A program made the translations under genes and the position numbers. A stretch of DNA of 64,000 nt from a virus, in IMG/VR virus record IMGVR_UViG_3300032046_000005, positions 51,633 to 115,632 of that record, one strand, 5' to 3'. Positions 38,628 to 47,972 of the stretch are shown piece after piece (within the stretch, counting starts at the first letter, position 1; each line of letters begins with the position of its first letter). The notes under the pieces are model-generated. The model saw only the letters and a list, made by a program, of their open reading frames with translations, searched no databases and was not told where the DNA came from.

Positions 38628-39322
38628 TTTTTAACAAACAAAATCGCATTGGGATAATGAATCATCAATCTTCCAGACCACACGAAAAGAAAATCAACCG
38701 TTTTTTGAAGGTTATGCGTGATTGGTTCAAATACAAACGAATAACCTTCATACAATTCAAATGTTTTGAATTTATGTTCATCCTTACCAATTGAAGTTGA
38801 AATCAAACAATATCCTTTTTCATGTTTATAATTTTCGAAATTAGGACTTGTAAAAACTGTTTTTATGTCTTCTGAAAGTTGTGGTATAAGAATATCAGGA
38901 CTTACAAGCAAAACAAAAGGTAAATCATATCCATCGCCTTTCATTGTTTCTATTGATTCATTCAAATCAATTCTATAAAATCCGCCGTTAAATAAGCCAT
39001 AGAATTCTCTACATTTCCATTCTCTCATTTTTTCAATCGTTTCTACTGGATCTAACATATCATCTCCCCAAGCAATGAATTGTTCGATTTGATCTTGCAT
39101 TACCTTAACTACTTTCTTAAATTGTTCTTCATACAATTTATTATAATTATCCTTATATTCGTCAATCTTTTCAAATGAAATTTCAACTTTAGTAGCAAGA
39201 TATAACATTGGAACAGTTGATTCACATCCAACATCTATCAATCCAGAATCTTTTTTCCAATCAAAATATGTTAACTTATCAATTCCTTCTCCAAGTTGTT
39301 TAATCAATCCATTCTTTCTCAA
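38624..39322 (-). CDS. divergent, internally deleted paralog of the major capsid protein
   Basis: GEGIDKLTYFDWKK identical to MCP; LYLA.KV.IS, Q..QF.AWGD.M..PV.T, G.FNGG, TSPNF, EL..GY.F, WSGRL...Y..AI; frame stays open upstream to 39415. Confidence 0.85.
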   Translation of the reverse strand: MRKNGLIKQLGEGIDKLTYFDWKKDSGLIDVGCESTVPMLYLATKVEISFEKIDEYKDNYNKLYEEQFKKVVKVMQDQIEQFIAWGDDMLDPVETIEKMREWKCREFYGLFNGGFYRIDLNESIETMKGDGYDLPFVLLVSPDILIPQLSEDIKTVFTSPNFENYKHEKGYCLISTSIGKDEHKFKTFELYEGYSFVFEPITHNLQKTVDFLFVWSGRLMIHYPNAILFVKN

Positions 39323-39411
39323 GAAGCTGTAAAGATTGTCTTGATTTTCTATTTGTTCTTTCGTTCTTTCTTGTATTTTTTTTGATATTTCTTGTATTTT
39401 TTCTTCCGTTT

Positions 39412-39732
39412 TTAATCATCTTCTAAAGTATATTTTTCAAACAATTCGTCCCATTTATCTACATCTTTCGCATTAACTTGTATTTTGCTACAAACATGAA
39501 ATGGTAATGGTAATGTTTCTGGATATTTTTCTCTAATTTCTAGATCAAATATTTTATTGTTAAAATAATAATCAATAAGATATTCACGCGTGTCTTCTTT
39601 TTCTTGTTCTTCGTTTCTCATTGGTTCAATAGATACATCAAAAGAATCTAAAATTCTATGTTCAATGTTTCTTTTCACATCTTTAATGATTGCTTTCATG
39701 CTTGGTCTATTTAACAAATTTTCATTTGTCAT
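39412..39732 (-). CDS. small protein with MCP-like segment, paralog of 25446..25748
   Basis: ETLPLPFHVCSKIQVNAKDVDKW vs MCP ETTIGLLYLACKVQISLQDVDKF. Confidence 0.65.
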   Translation of the reverse strand: MTNENLLNRPSMKAIIKDVKRNIEHRILDSFDVSIEPMRNEEQEKEDTREYLIDYYFNNKIFDLEIREKYPETLPLPFHVCSKIQVNAKDVDKWDELFEKYTLEDD

Positions 39733-39808
39733 GATATATAGATTTTATGCTATATTTATATACTTCATTATCAAAACGTTTAAATTATAACAAGTATAAT
39801 TATATCAT
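39733..39808. promoter_or_regulatory. back-to-back archaeal TATA promoters
   Basis: TATAAATA (minus, 39753-39760) and AAAACGTTTAAATTA (plus, 39773-39787), each about 21-22 nt from a start codon. Confidence 0.6.
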
Positions 39809-40102
39809 ATGAACATAAATCTTAATTCAACAGAAAGAATAAGTATTGAAAAACCAGATCTAAAAGGTTGGTCTCATTGTTCTTGTAACGATCCAACCTG
39901 CAATCGAATGTTCTTTCAAAAATCTACATTACTTCATGTTTTGAAACCATATTTAGAAAAATGGAAGGATTTGCCTTTAGATTTGGATCTTATGTCTTTT
40001 CATAATATTAATACTGGATTCATGACACTTGTTTTAACAATTTCTCAAACAGGAGATATTCAAGAAAGTGAATTGAAAAAAGCAATTGAAACCAAACGAT
40101 GA
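39809..40102 (+). CDS. hypothetical protein
   Basis: ORF track; HCSCNDPTC; ATGA coupling to the next gene. Confidence 0.55.
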   Translation: MNINLNSTERISIEKPDLKGWSHCSCNDPTCNRMFFQKSTLLHVLKPYLEKWKDLPLDLDLMSFHNINTGFMTLVLTISQTGDIQESELKKAIETKR

Positions 40103-40833
40103 TTGATCAACTTTATACCGAACAAGAAATCAAGAAATACGAGAAGTATTGTTTCAAATGTAAAAAGACTTTGTATTATCATGAAGCTTTTGTTGAATTC
40201 ATTAATAAAAAAATGAAAGAAGATGGATTTCGAGATAAAATGCCTTCTGAACTCAAACTACTTTTCAGAGATCAATTTAATGTTTGGTGGTTAAGCGATA
40301 AAATACAATTTTATTGTTGCAATTGTTATAATCAAGACAATAATCCTGCTCATTTACCATATTTCTTTAATCCTGATACGCGTGAATTTAATGCCGGAAG
40401 GAATGAATATAATAATGTTTCAATGACAGGAGATCTTTTAGCAACAGTCTTTTCTGCCATGCATATATTTGAAGAATATTATTATCTTGATTTACATCAT
40501 CGTTGTCGTCTTGATATTGAAATGAATTCTTATACATTGATACAATTTCAAATAGAAAATCATTATGATACAATACTTGGATTGACAGAATTAGAACGAG
40601 TATCTGAAATGCCTTTTATCAGAAAAATAAACACAAACAACGATTTGCGAGAAAACAGAATTATATTCAAAACTAGCAATCTTCCAACTCCTCTTGTAAT
40701 TAATGATTATAATCAATGGATAGAATATGATTTATATCATAACAATCCTATTGGACATCATGATGATTATTATAGATATAGAGATCTTACAAAAAGAGAA
40801 ATAGAAATTCACACGGGAATTTTGACTTTTTAA
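40099..40833 (+). CDS. Zn finger fused to an MCP-derived segment
   Basis: CFKC...W...FYCCNCY N-terminus; GDLLAT and ENH..G.TE..R..E...I....T match the MCP. Confidence 0.7.
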   Translation: MIDQLYTEQEIKKYEKYCFKCKKTLYYHEAFVEFINKKMKEDGFRDKMPSELKLLFRDQFNVWWLSDKIQFYCCNCYNQDNNPAHLPYFFNPDTREFNAGRNEYNNVSMTGDLLATVFSAMHIFEEYYYLDLHHRCRLDIEMNSYTLIQFQIENHYDTILGLTELERVSEMPFIRKINTNNDLRENRIIFKTSNLPTPLVINDYNQWIEYDLYHNNPIGHHDDYYRYRDLTKREIEIHTGILTF

Positions 40834-40843
40834 TGTTAAAAAA

Positions 40844-41962
40844 TTAAGTAATAAAATATTTTTTTAGAATATTATAGATTTTCGTAATTGTTTTCTTATA
40901 ATTTCCATACTTATTAGAAAAGAAATGCATGGTTGTTCGCTTGTCTACATTAATATCAAGATTGTTTTCCTTGTAAACTTTTACGATTTCGCGTTCAAAC
41001 GCTTTTTCTTGGTTTATCAAGATGATTTGTAGTTCAATATATTGTTTGTAAAGCAAAATTTCGCTTTCAGAATACTCCTCTTCCAAGTAAGGTAAAATTG
41101 ATTCGTAATCTAACACATAAAGATCTTCCGTAGCATTCAAAAGCGTGTTTCTTATTGCAATCTTAGCCATTCGCATCGAACCACATAATGAGTGATGATA
41201 TGATTCAATTGTTGGAGGTTTGAGCTTGTAAAGTTGAGTATAATGTTCTAAGTGACAATACCAAACCGCTCCTTCGCTCCCCTTGAACATGTTCTGGTCT
41301 CCAATTCGTTCAAGTTTTGTTTCTAAGTTGTTTTGCTCGCTTTTGTAATTATCAATCAAGTTCAAATTATTATCATATGTCTTGAATAGTACTGGAATTG
41401 AAACTGAACCGTGTTTTAAGCATGATGGTGATATGATCAATCCATTTTCTTTCAAACCAAACAACAAACATATCTCAATGTCTTTATCATAAACAATCGT
41501 GATTGGATTCAAATATCCATATAGTTCATAACTCAAATTACAACAATTTTCAAAAGGTAAAGTTGAAATATCAGGATGTTTTGATAGTGTTTTATATAAC
41601 AACACTTGAAAATCTTCTCTTGGAAACATCGTTAATCTAGTTTTATACGATACAAAAGACTTGAAATTTTGATCTTTATAAACAAACTGCAAAATATTGG
41701 TCCCATCTAGTTTTTCCCAACTAGTTATTAAATCAATATCAGGAGGAAAATGAAAGTTTCCTTCAAAATCGTTGGGATAATTCATCTTAGGTGTCGTGGC
41801 AATTTCTTGATTACAAAACTCACCATTAATATTTGTTATTATCAATTTTGAATAATCACCTCTATGAATGTATCCATTTAATACGTTTTGCTTGTTATAT
41901 GGATCTTGTTCGTCTTTAAACTCAATCAGATTCTTTTTTTCGATTCTCATTTTCTTTTTCAC
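40844..41962 (-). CDS. ATP-dependent RNA ligase-like nucleotidyltransferase
   Basis: Motif I WEKLDGTN, YELYG, LFG, EGAV, YKLK. Confidence 0.75.
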   Translation of the reverse strand: MKKKMRIEKKNLIEFKDEQDPYNKQNVLNGYIHRGDYSKLIITNINGEFCNQEIATTPKMNYPNDFEGNFHFPPDIDLITSWEKLDGTNILQFVYKDQNFKSFVSYKTRLTMFPREDFQVLLYKTLSKHPDISTLPFENCCNLSYELYGYLNPITIVYDKDIEICLLFGLKENGLIISPSCLKHGSVSIPVLFKTYDNNLNLIDNYKSEQNNLETKLERIGDQNMFKGSEGAVWYCHLEHYTQLYKLKPPTIESYHHSLCGSMRMAKIAIRNTLLNATEDLYVLDYESILPYLEEEYSESEILLYKQYIELQIILINQEKAFEREIVKVYKENNLDINVDKRTTMHFFSNKYGNYKKTITKIYNILKKYFIT

Positions 41963-42257
41963 TTTTTTTCCTATCTATTATGAATTTAAAACTACCCAAA
42001 TGATGATAAGCAGCAGCTTTAGTGGGATCTGCTCTAGGAAAATCAATCATTAATGGACCAAAACTAGAACAAGGAAAATTAATTAAAAATGCCATTTGTT
42101 TGATAAATTCAAAATAATTTTCTTCGTTCATTTGAATTGTAAAATCTAATTCTGTTTTGTCTATTTTAACAATTTTCCCATGATATCTTTCAATTTCATA
42201 AAATAATAAATCTAAATTTTGTTCAAGTAATTCAATTATCTCTTTTTTATTCAACAC
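41922..42257 (-). CDS. hypothetical protein
   Basis: ORF track; operon position. Confidence 0.45.
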   Translation of the reverse strand: MLNKKEIIELLEQNLDLLFYEIERYHGKIVKIDKTELDFTIQMNEENYFEFIKQMAFLINFPCSSFGPLMIDFPRADPTKAAAYHHLGSFKFIIDRKKSEKENENRKKESD

Positions 42258-42260
42258 TAA

Positions 42261-42869
42261 TCACCAATATGCAAACTCATTCTTATAGTTTGGAAAGTTC
42301 TTTTTCATGTATTCTTTACATGATTCTCGCTCTTTATCGTCAAAACAACCTTTTTCAACTATTTCAGTTTTGAATAATATGTTATCATTAACAGTATCAA
42401 CACAAATCACATATTTTTGCAAGTTGTGAAAATTATTAGGTTCTACAAACTTATCTTGTATTGCATATCTGCATAAAAAACAAATAAACGCATTACAATC
42501 ATAAAACGCACCTTTATAAAAAAAATTAGCCCGTTTTCTGTTTTTATCGTCAATCAAATTGTTCCACATCGAATGTTCTGTATTTTCAATTCTCCAACCT
42601 TCAGGCAATTTCACTTCAAAAAACAAATCATCATATTCCTTGATTATCTCAATGTCTAATTTTTCATATGCTTTTTTGATATCAGTATAACCCAAGTGCT
42701 TTCTTTCGTAAGGGTTATATTTCTTAGGCAATAATTGAAATTCCTTCACTTTCTTTTGTTCTCGTTTCTCTTGGTTCTCAATCGTTTGAGGAATGTTTTT
42801 TGTTGTCATTCCTTCAGTAAATACTTCTAAAAAACCTTCTTCTTTTTTATCATTTTTCATGTCTTTCAT
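42261..42869 (-). CDS. conserved phage-type hypothetical protein
   Basis: F..V.LPEGW....T.HSMW..L.D...R.RA..FYK.AFYD. Confidence 0.65.
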   Translation of the reverse strand: MKDMKNDKKEEGFLEVFTEGMTTKNIPQTIENQEKREQKKVKEFQLLPKKYNPYERKHLGYTDIKKAYEKLDIEIIKEYDDLFFEVKLPEGWRIENTEHSMWNNLIDDKNRKRANFFYKGAFYDCNAFICFLCRYAIQDKFVEPNNFHNLQKYVICVDTVNDNILFKTEIVEKGCFDDKERESCKEYMKKNFPNYKNEFAYW

Positions 42870-42955
42870 GATTTATATATACAATTTATAATATTTAAAC
42901 TTTTTTAATAATAAATAAAAAAAATAAAAAAAAGATTATTTCAAATATTCATTTA

Positions 42956-43300
42956 TTATCTTTTAGTTCTATGACCAAGTCCACAGCAACAACAACAAAT
43001 CAATGCAAAACAACCCACGATAAGTATTCCAATCCAAGCAATTGATGTCGACAACATTTCGTTAAATCCAAGTCCAATTCCCATGTCTCTTACAACATTC
43101 CATAAAAACACGAAAAATAGAACAACAAAAATTATTCCTATAATTATTGCCATCAACAATAAAATAAATCCTATGTTTTCCATCATAAAACTTGAAAACT
43201 TATGCAAACCATTTTTTAGTTTTCCATAAAACTGTTTCAATATCATTTTTATTTTTTCTATATATCGTTGTATTGTAGTTTTCTTTTCAACTTCTGTCAT
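42956..43300 (-). CDS. membrane protein (2 TM, Cys-rich tail)
   Basis: Two hydrophobic helices followed by CCCCC. Confidence 0.6.
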   Translation of the reverse strand: MTEVEKKTTIQRYIEKIKMILKQFYGKLKNGLHKFSSFMMENIGFILLLMAIIIGIIFVVLFFVFLWNVVRDMGIGLGFNEMLSTSIAWIGILIVGCFALICCCCCGLGHRTKR

Positions 43301-43304
43301 TTAT

Positions 43305-43508
43305 TCATACCTCTAAAATTTCCATTTTTTCAAGAATAGCAAAAATACCTATTATTATGATTATATAAATCAAAATTGTTAGAAAAAGATATTCGATCCA
43401 AGTATTGTCATTAAACTCTTTATATGTACATACAATAAGAACTGGAAACAAAATCAATATAAAAACAACCAAACCTATTGCAATCCATAATAATATTTCT
43501 ATAAACAT
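43305..43508 (-). CDS. small membrane protein (2 TM)
   Basis: Two hydrophobic helices. Confidence 0.55.
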   Translation of the reverse strand: MFIEILLWIAIGLVVFILILFPVLIVCTYKEFNDNTWIEYLFLTILIYIIIIIGIFAILEKMEILEV

Positions 43509-43599
43509 TTCATATCATTTTTGTTAAATTTTTATATTGCTTAATAAATATCTTTCTTTTTATATAAATTTAACTTTTTTTATTGATCAAAATCAAAAG

Positions 43600-43613
43600 A
43601 AAACATTTAAATA
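43600..43613 (+). promoter_or_regulatory. archaeal BRE-TATA promoter AAAACATTTAAATA
   Basis: Exact motif upstream of the GTGA RBS and ATG at 43679. Confidence 0.65.
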
Positions 43614-43678
43614 TTTATAATTATTATATATATTAAAATCAAATTATGATTAAACAATAAAAAATAAAAAGTGAAAAA

Positions 43679-46261
43679 ATGGCAAATACATTACTAAATG
43701 ATACAAATAATAACTCGATAGCAAAAAGAACTTATGAAAGTTGTATTTGTTGCGATAATTATGTAGGAATTGAAGATTCATGCGCATTATATCCTTTAAT
43801 TCGTATAAAAATAATCAATATCATTCATCCTTGTGGTCATTGTGATGACAATTTTAACAAACTTACTATCGATCAAGCAGAACAAATCAAGTCAAAAGTT
43901 CTAAACAATCCAAACAAGAAATCGTTTCAAGATCTCTACAATGAAGTTGTTAATGTGAAAAACGAAGATTGTAAAACTTGCATAAATTATTGTAATACTA
44001 ATACTACAAACAAATACTGTAATTATTATAAAGATTCTAACGATGAAAATCAAAGTCGATATTTTCTTGTTAATAGTATCATAAAACCTTGCAAACATTA
44101 CAATATAAAATTCAATTTTACTAAAGAAGAAGCAATTAAAATTTGTGTAGCTTTGAATTCAAGTTCAACTCCAAAAAAAACATTCGAACAAATCATCAAC
44201 GAAGTCAAGAATCAAACAGAAAATTGTAGATCTTGTAAAAATTATCATGACGAAAGTGGAGGAGCCGAATTTTGTAAACTTTATTACGATAAAGATCATC
44301 CGGAAAAAACGTTATTCGTGGGATTGACTGCAATTACTAAACCTTGCGGATATCATGGATTAGAATTTGGATTTCCAGAATCAGATGCGAAAAAAATTCA
44401 AGATGCTTTATTAGATAATCATACATTCCATCAGAAAAAGAAATCGATGCATCAAATCATCCGAGAAACGAGAGAACAAATCATTAATGAAAAAAACACG
44501 CAAAAATCTTGTAAAGATTGTAAGCATTTAAATGATAAGAATTATTGCGATCATTTAAATCATGTTCCTTTTTTACCTGAATACATTTGTATCAGTTTTG
44601 AACAATCAAAAGAAAGTGAACAACTAAAAGAAAACAAAACAAACGAACATTTCGTTTGTTTTGGATGTTCTTATTTTGGTCACAAATATGAAAATACAAT
44701 TCTACAACGATATTGTTACCACGATGGTATCATAATATATAATTCTATTGATTCTTGTGAACATTTTAGTTATTTCAAACAAAAATTAAATTCAGAACAA
44801 AAAGTCCGTTGTATTGATTGCAAGTTCCATCAAATTGAAAATGATAACGGTAAAATACAATCTTATTGTGGGAATATTAATGCTCCTTCTCGAAATGGTA
44901 AACTTTCTCAATCTAATATGTTTTCCGCGTGTTATATGTTTGAACAAAAATCAAAAGAACCAAGCAATGAATCTTGTATCAAATGTGGTTATTTTCAATC
45001 CAATTACATAATACCAAACTATTCAGATAATGATCCACACGAATATTGTCACTGTTCGCATCAAAGAGCATATTGTTTTGATAGTGAAACTTTACATTGT
45101 GATTCTTTCGTTCCCAAATTCGTTCGAAAAAATCTTCCAAAACACGAAACGATATGTTTCAAATGCAATCATTACAAACGCCCATTGTCGTCTTTAAACA
45201 CTGGATCGTATTGGTGTCAACAGTATAGTGGTTATGTATATCCGGAAAAAAAAACCGTTTGCTCGTCTTTCGAACAAAAAAACAATTCCTTACTAAATTC
45301 AATCAAACAAGACCAAAAAAAAGAATTCAACCAAATAAAAAAAGAAATCAACGAATTCAACGCTAAAAAACAACAAGAAAAATTAACTTGCAACAAGTGT
45401 CAACACTTTACCGGACATGTTGATGAATCAGCAGTTTGTAATCTTAAAGGAAAAAATTTGGAAAATAAAGGTAAATGTAGAATTTGTATTGACTTCAAGC
45501 AATTCGAACGACCTAAAACTCCTGAACAAATCAACCAAGAAAAATTAATCGATGAGCAAATCAAATCAGTAAAGAAATCAATAGAACAACAAACTGGTAT
45601 TATAAACAATCTTTTTGTTGACAATAAAACATTTCAAGATCAAAATAAAAAATTACAAAAAAATGAGGTAAAAAAAATGTACAAATCATTGCCTGAAATC
45701 AAGAAACTCCAAGAAGAACAAAAACACGCAGTCGAACAACTTCACGACAATGTTCAAATCAAACAAACTCAAGTTGAAATTTCCAAAATCAAAAAACGCA
45801 TCGACGAAGTCAAGGAACAACGCGGGAAAATTATAAAAAACTTACGAAAAGACATTGTTTTTGATGTTTTATGTGATGCTATTGATCATTGGCTTAAACA
45901 TAAGCACACGACAAATAAATTTAAAGAATATATCAAAGAAAAAAAGATTTTGAAACGAAAAGAATTCAAGACGTTTTTACAATTAGACTTTTATTCAGAT
46001 GATATAAAATTTAAACATGTTGATGGAAATCCTGTTAATTATACGAAAGAAAATTGGGATCTCGTGATAAAATTCGTAAATATTATCATACAAAAACAAA
46101 ATGAATTTCTTAGAATTGAAGAAAAAAAAGAACTTTGTAAGCTGACTCGATGCTTAGACAACATTGATGGTTCAAATCCTTGTAAACACATCTGTGAACA
46201 GTGTGGCATTGAGAATCCCATTGAAGCCTTGTTTTGTTCAAATTGCGGAGTTAAACTCTAA
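43679..46261 (+). CDS. large Cys-rich repeat protein with coiled coil and C-terminal Zn ribbon
   Basis: Three ~80-aa CxxC..C..PCxH units, several CxxC..C..C..FE units, terminal CEQCG..N...A.FCSNCG. Confidence 0.75.
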   Translation: MANTLLNDTNNNSIAKRTYESCICCDNYVGIEDSCALYPLIRIKIINIIHPCGHCDDNFNKLTIDQAEQIKSKVLNNPNKKSFQDLYNEVVNVKNEDCKTCINYCNTNTTNKYCNYYKDSNDENQSRYFLVNSIIKPCKHYNIKFNFTKEEAIKICVALNSSSTPKKTFEQIINEVKNQTENCRSCKNYHDESGGAEFCKLYYDKDHPEKTLFVGLTAITKPCGYHGLEFGFPESDAKKIQDALLDNHTFHQKKKSMHQIIRETREQIINEKNTQKSCKDCKHLNDKNYCDHLNHVPFLPEYICISFEQSKESEQLKENKTNEHFVCFGCSYFGHKYENTILQRYCYHDGIIIYNSIDSCEHFSYFKQKLNSEQKVRCIDCKFHQIENDNGKIQSYCGNINAPSRNGKLSQSNMFSACYMFEQKSKEPSNESCIKCGYFQSNYIIPNYSDNDPHEYCHCSHQRAYCFDSETLHCDSFVPKFVRKNLPKHETICFKCNHYKRPLSSLNTGSYWCQQYSGYVYPEKKTVCSSFEQKNNSLLNSIKQDQKKEFNQIKKEINEFNAKKQQEKLTCNKCQHFTGHVDESAVCNLKGKNLENKGKCRICIDFKQFERPKTPEQINQEKLIDEQIKSVKKSIEQQTGIINNLFVDNKTFQDQNKKLQKNEVKKMYKSLPEIKKLQEEQKHAVEQLHDNVQIKQTQVEISKIKKRIDEVKEQRGKIIKNLRKDIVFDVLCDAIDHWLKHKHTTNKFKEYIKEKKILKRKEFKTFLQLDFYSDDIKFKHVDGNPVNYTKENWDLVIKFVNIIIQKQNEFLRIEEKKELCKLTRCLDNIDGSNPCKHICEQCGIENPIEALFCSNCGVKL

Positions 46262-46512
46262 ATTCTAAATTTATTTTTTTTATTTTTTTTTTGTAAAACT
46301 TTAAATGTTTTTATTTCTTATTCTTAATTAAATATATTATAATGATAAAAAATGACCGGATTTACAAAAGCAATTGATAATGTGATTTGTTGTTTGAAAA
46401 CTGAAGAAATACTCTCAATTGACGAAATTTACAAACTCAATGAATTACAAAAAGAAATAAGTAATACGTTTCTTGAAATCATAAAATCAAAAAATAAAGT
46501 GATTGATGAATA

Positions 46513-47412
46513 ATGGGTTATCTTGAAATCGAAAACTTATACAAGGATCAATGTGTTTTGATGTTCAAAAAATTATGGGCAACTGAAAAGATAGATGGAA
46601 CAAGTGCTCATATTCATTATAACGGAGAAAAAACAGTGACATATTTTTCTGGAGGAGGATCTCATGACTTGTTCATAAAGTTGTTTGATCAAGAAAAAAT
46701 ACTAAATACAATGCAAGAACTTTTCGGAAGCAAAAAAGTAACATTATATGGAGAATTCTACGGAGGCAAGATTCAAAAGAGAAGTTATATGTATGGATTG
46801 AAATCAGACTTCATACTTTTTGACATTCAAGTTGACAATGCTTGGTTATCGTTTGATAAAGTTGTTGAATTAGGCAAAAAATTCAATCTTGATGTAGTTG
46901 AATCTGAAATAATAGATTCAACAGTTGAAGAAATCGAACGAGTAGCAAAAAAAACATCTGCTTTAGCTCTAAAAAAAGGTATGGGAGAACACTTGCGAGA
47001 AGGCATTGTTTTGCATCCGTTAATAGAAGTTGTATGCAATAATGGTAATCGTGTGATCGCAAAATACCGGAACGATGTATCAAACGAAACTAAAACTCCT
47101 AGACCAATCGCCGATCCTGAAAAATTGAAAGTTTTACAAGAAGCAAAAGCAATTGCAGACGAATGGGTCACACCTAATCGCTTGAATCATGTCCTGAACA
47201 AATTAGCTTCCGAACAAAAAATTAACGTTGAAACCATCAATAAAAAAGATACATCTACAGTAATTCAAGGAATGATCGACGACGTTATAAAAGAATCTAA
47301 AAACGAAATCGTTGATTCAAACGAAGCTAAAAAAGAAATTGGAGTAAAAACCCACGAAATATTCTTTGAATACTTGAAAACCGAATTTCTAGAAAAAAAC
47401 AAACAAATTTAA
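46513..47412 (+). CDS. RNA ligase (Rnl2-like)
   Basis: ATEKIDGTSA, YGEFYG, LFDI, REGIV, IAKY. Confidence 0.8.
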   Translation: MGYLEIENLYKDQCVLMFKKLWATEKIDGTSAHIHYNGEKTVTYFSGGGSHDLFIKLFDQEKILNTMQELFGSKKVTLYGEFYGGKIQKRSYMYGLKSDFILFDIQVDNAWLSFDKVVELGKKFNLDVVESEIIDSTVEEIERVAKKTSALALKKGMGEHLREGIVLHPLIEVVCNNGNRVIAKYRNDVSNETKTPRPIADPEKLKVLQEAKAIADEWVTPNRLNHVLNKLASEQKINVETINKKDTSTVIQGMIDDVIKESKNEIVDSNEAKKEIGVKTHEIFFEYLKTEFLEKNKQI

Positions 47413-47462
47413 ATACTTTTAATTATTATATATATCAAACATATTAAAAAAAGTGAGAATGA

Positions 47463-47972
47463 ATGAGAGACAGACATTTATATGCATTATTAGTTTTTAG
47501 TTTAGTTTTTTTCGAGACATCAATGATATTATTCATGATTGCATTGTTCTATCTTTTAGAAGTATCAGGAATGATAAACGGCATAGCATTATTCATGCTG
47601 TTTCCAATAATTTTTGGAGGAGCATTTTATTATATATTATTAGAAGAAGTTTATAATGAATCTAATATGGTCAATGGAGAAACGCACCAAATATACAAAG
47701 CAAACAAACAAATCAAGAAACTCGAACTCAAGAAACAATTCCTCGAAAACAAGCAAAAACATGACTCCAAGGTTCAAGAACTCAAAAATAAAATCAAACA
47801 AATAAAAAACGAAATGAATCCGTTTGAAGAAGGATCGTTTTTCCACGCCAAAAAGAACGATAAATTTTCAAAATCAGTAAAACTATGTCTAACTTGTAAA
47901 TCGCTCAATCACTCCGAAGCTATGTATTGTTCTCAATGTGGTTCAGTAAAGTTTTCTAATATAATATATTAA
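47463..47972 (+). CDS. membrane protein with coiled coil and C-terminal Zn ribbon
   Basis: 2 TM helices, heptads, CLTC..N..EAMYCSQCG. Confidence 0.65.
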   Translation: MRDRHLYALLVFSLVFFETSMILFMIALFYLLEVSGMINGIALFMLFPIIFGGAFYYILLEEVYNESNMVNGETHQIYKANKQIKKLELKKQFLENKQKHDSKVQELKNKIKQIKNEMNPFEEGSFFHAKKNDKFSKSVKLCLTCKSLNHSEAMYCSQCGSVKFSNIIY

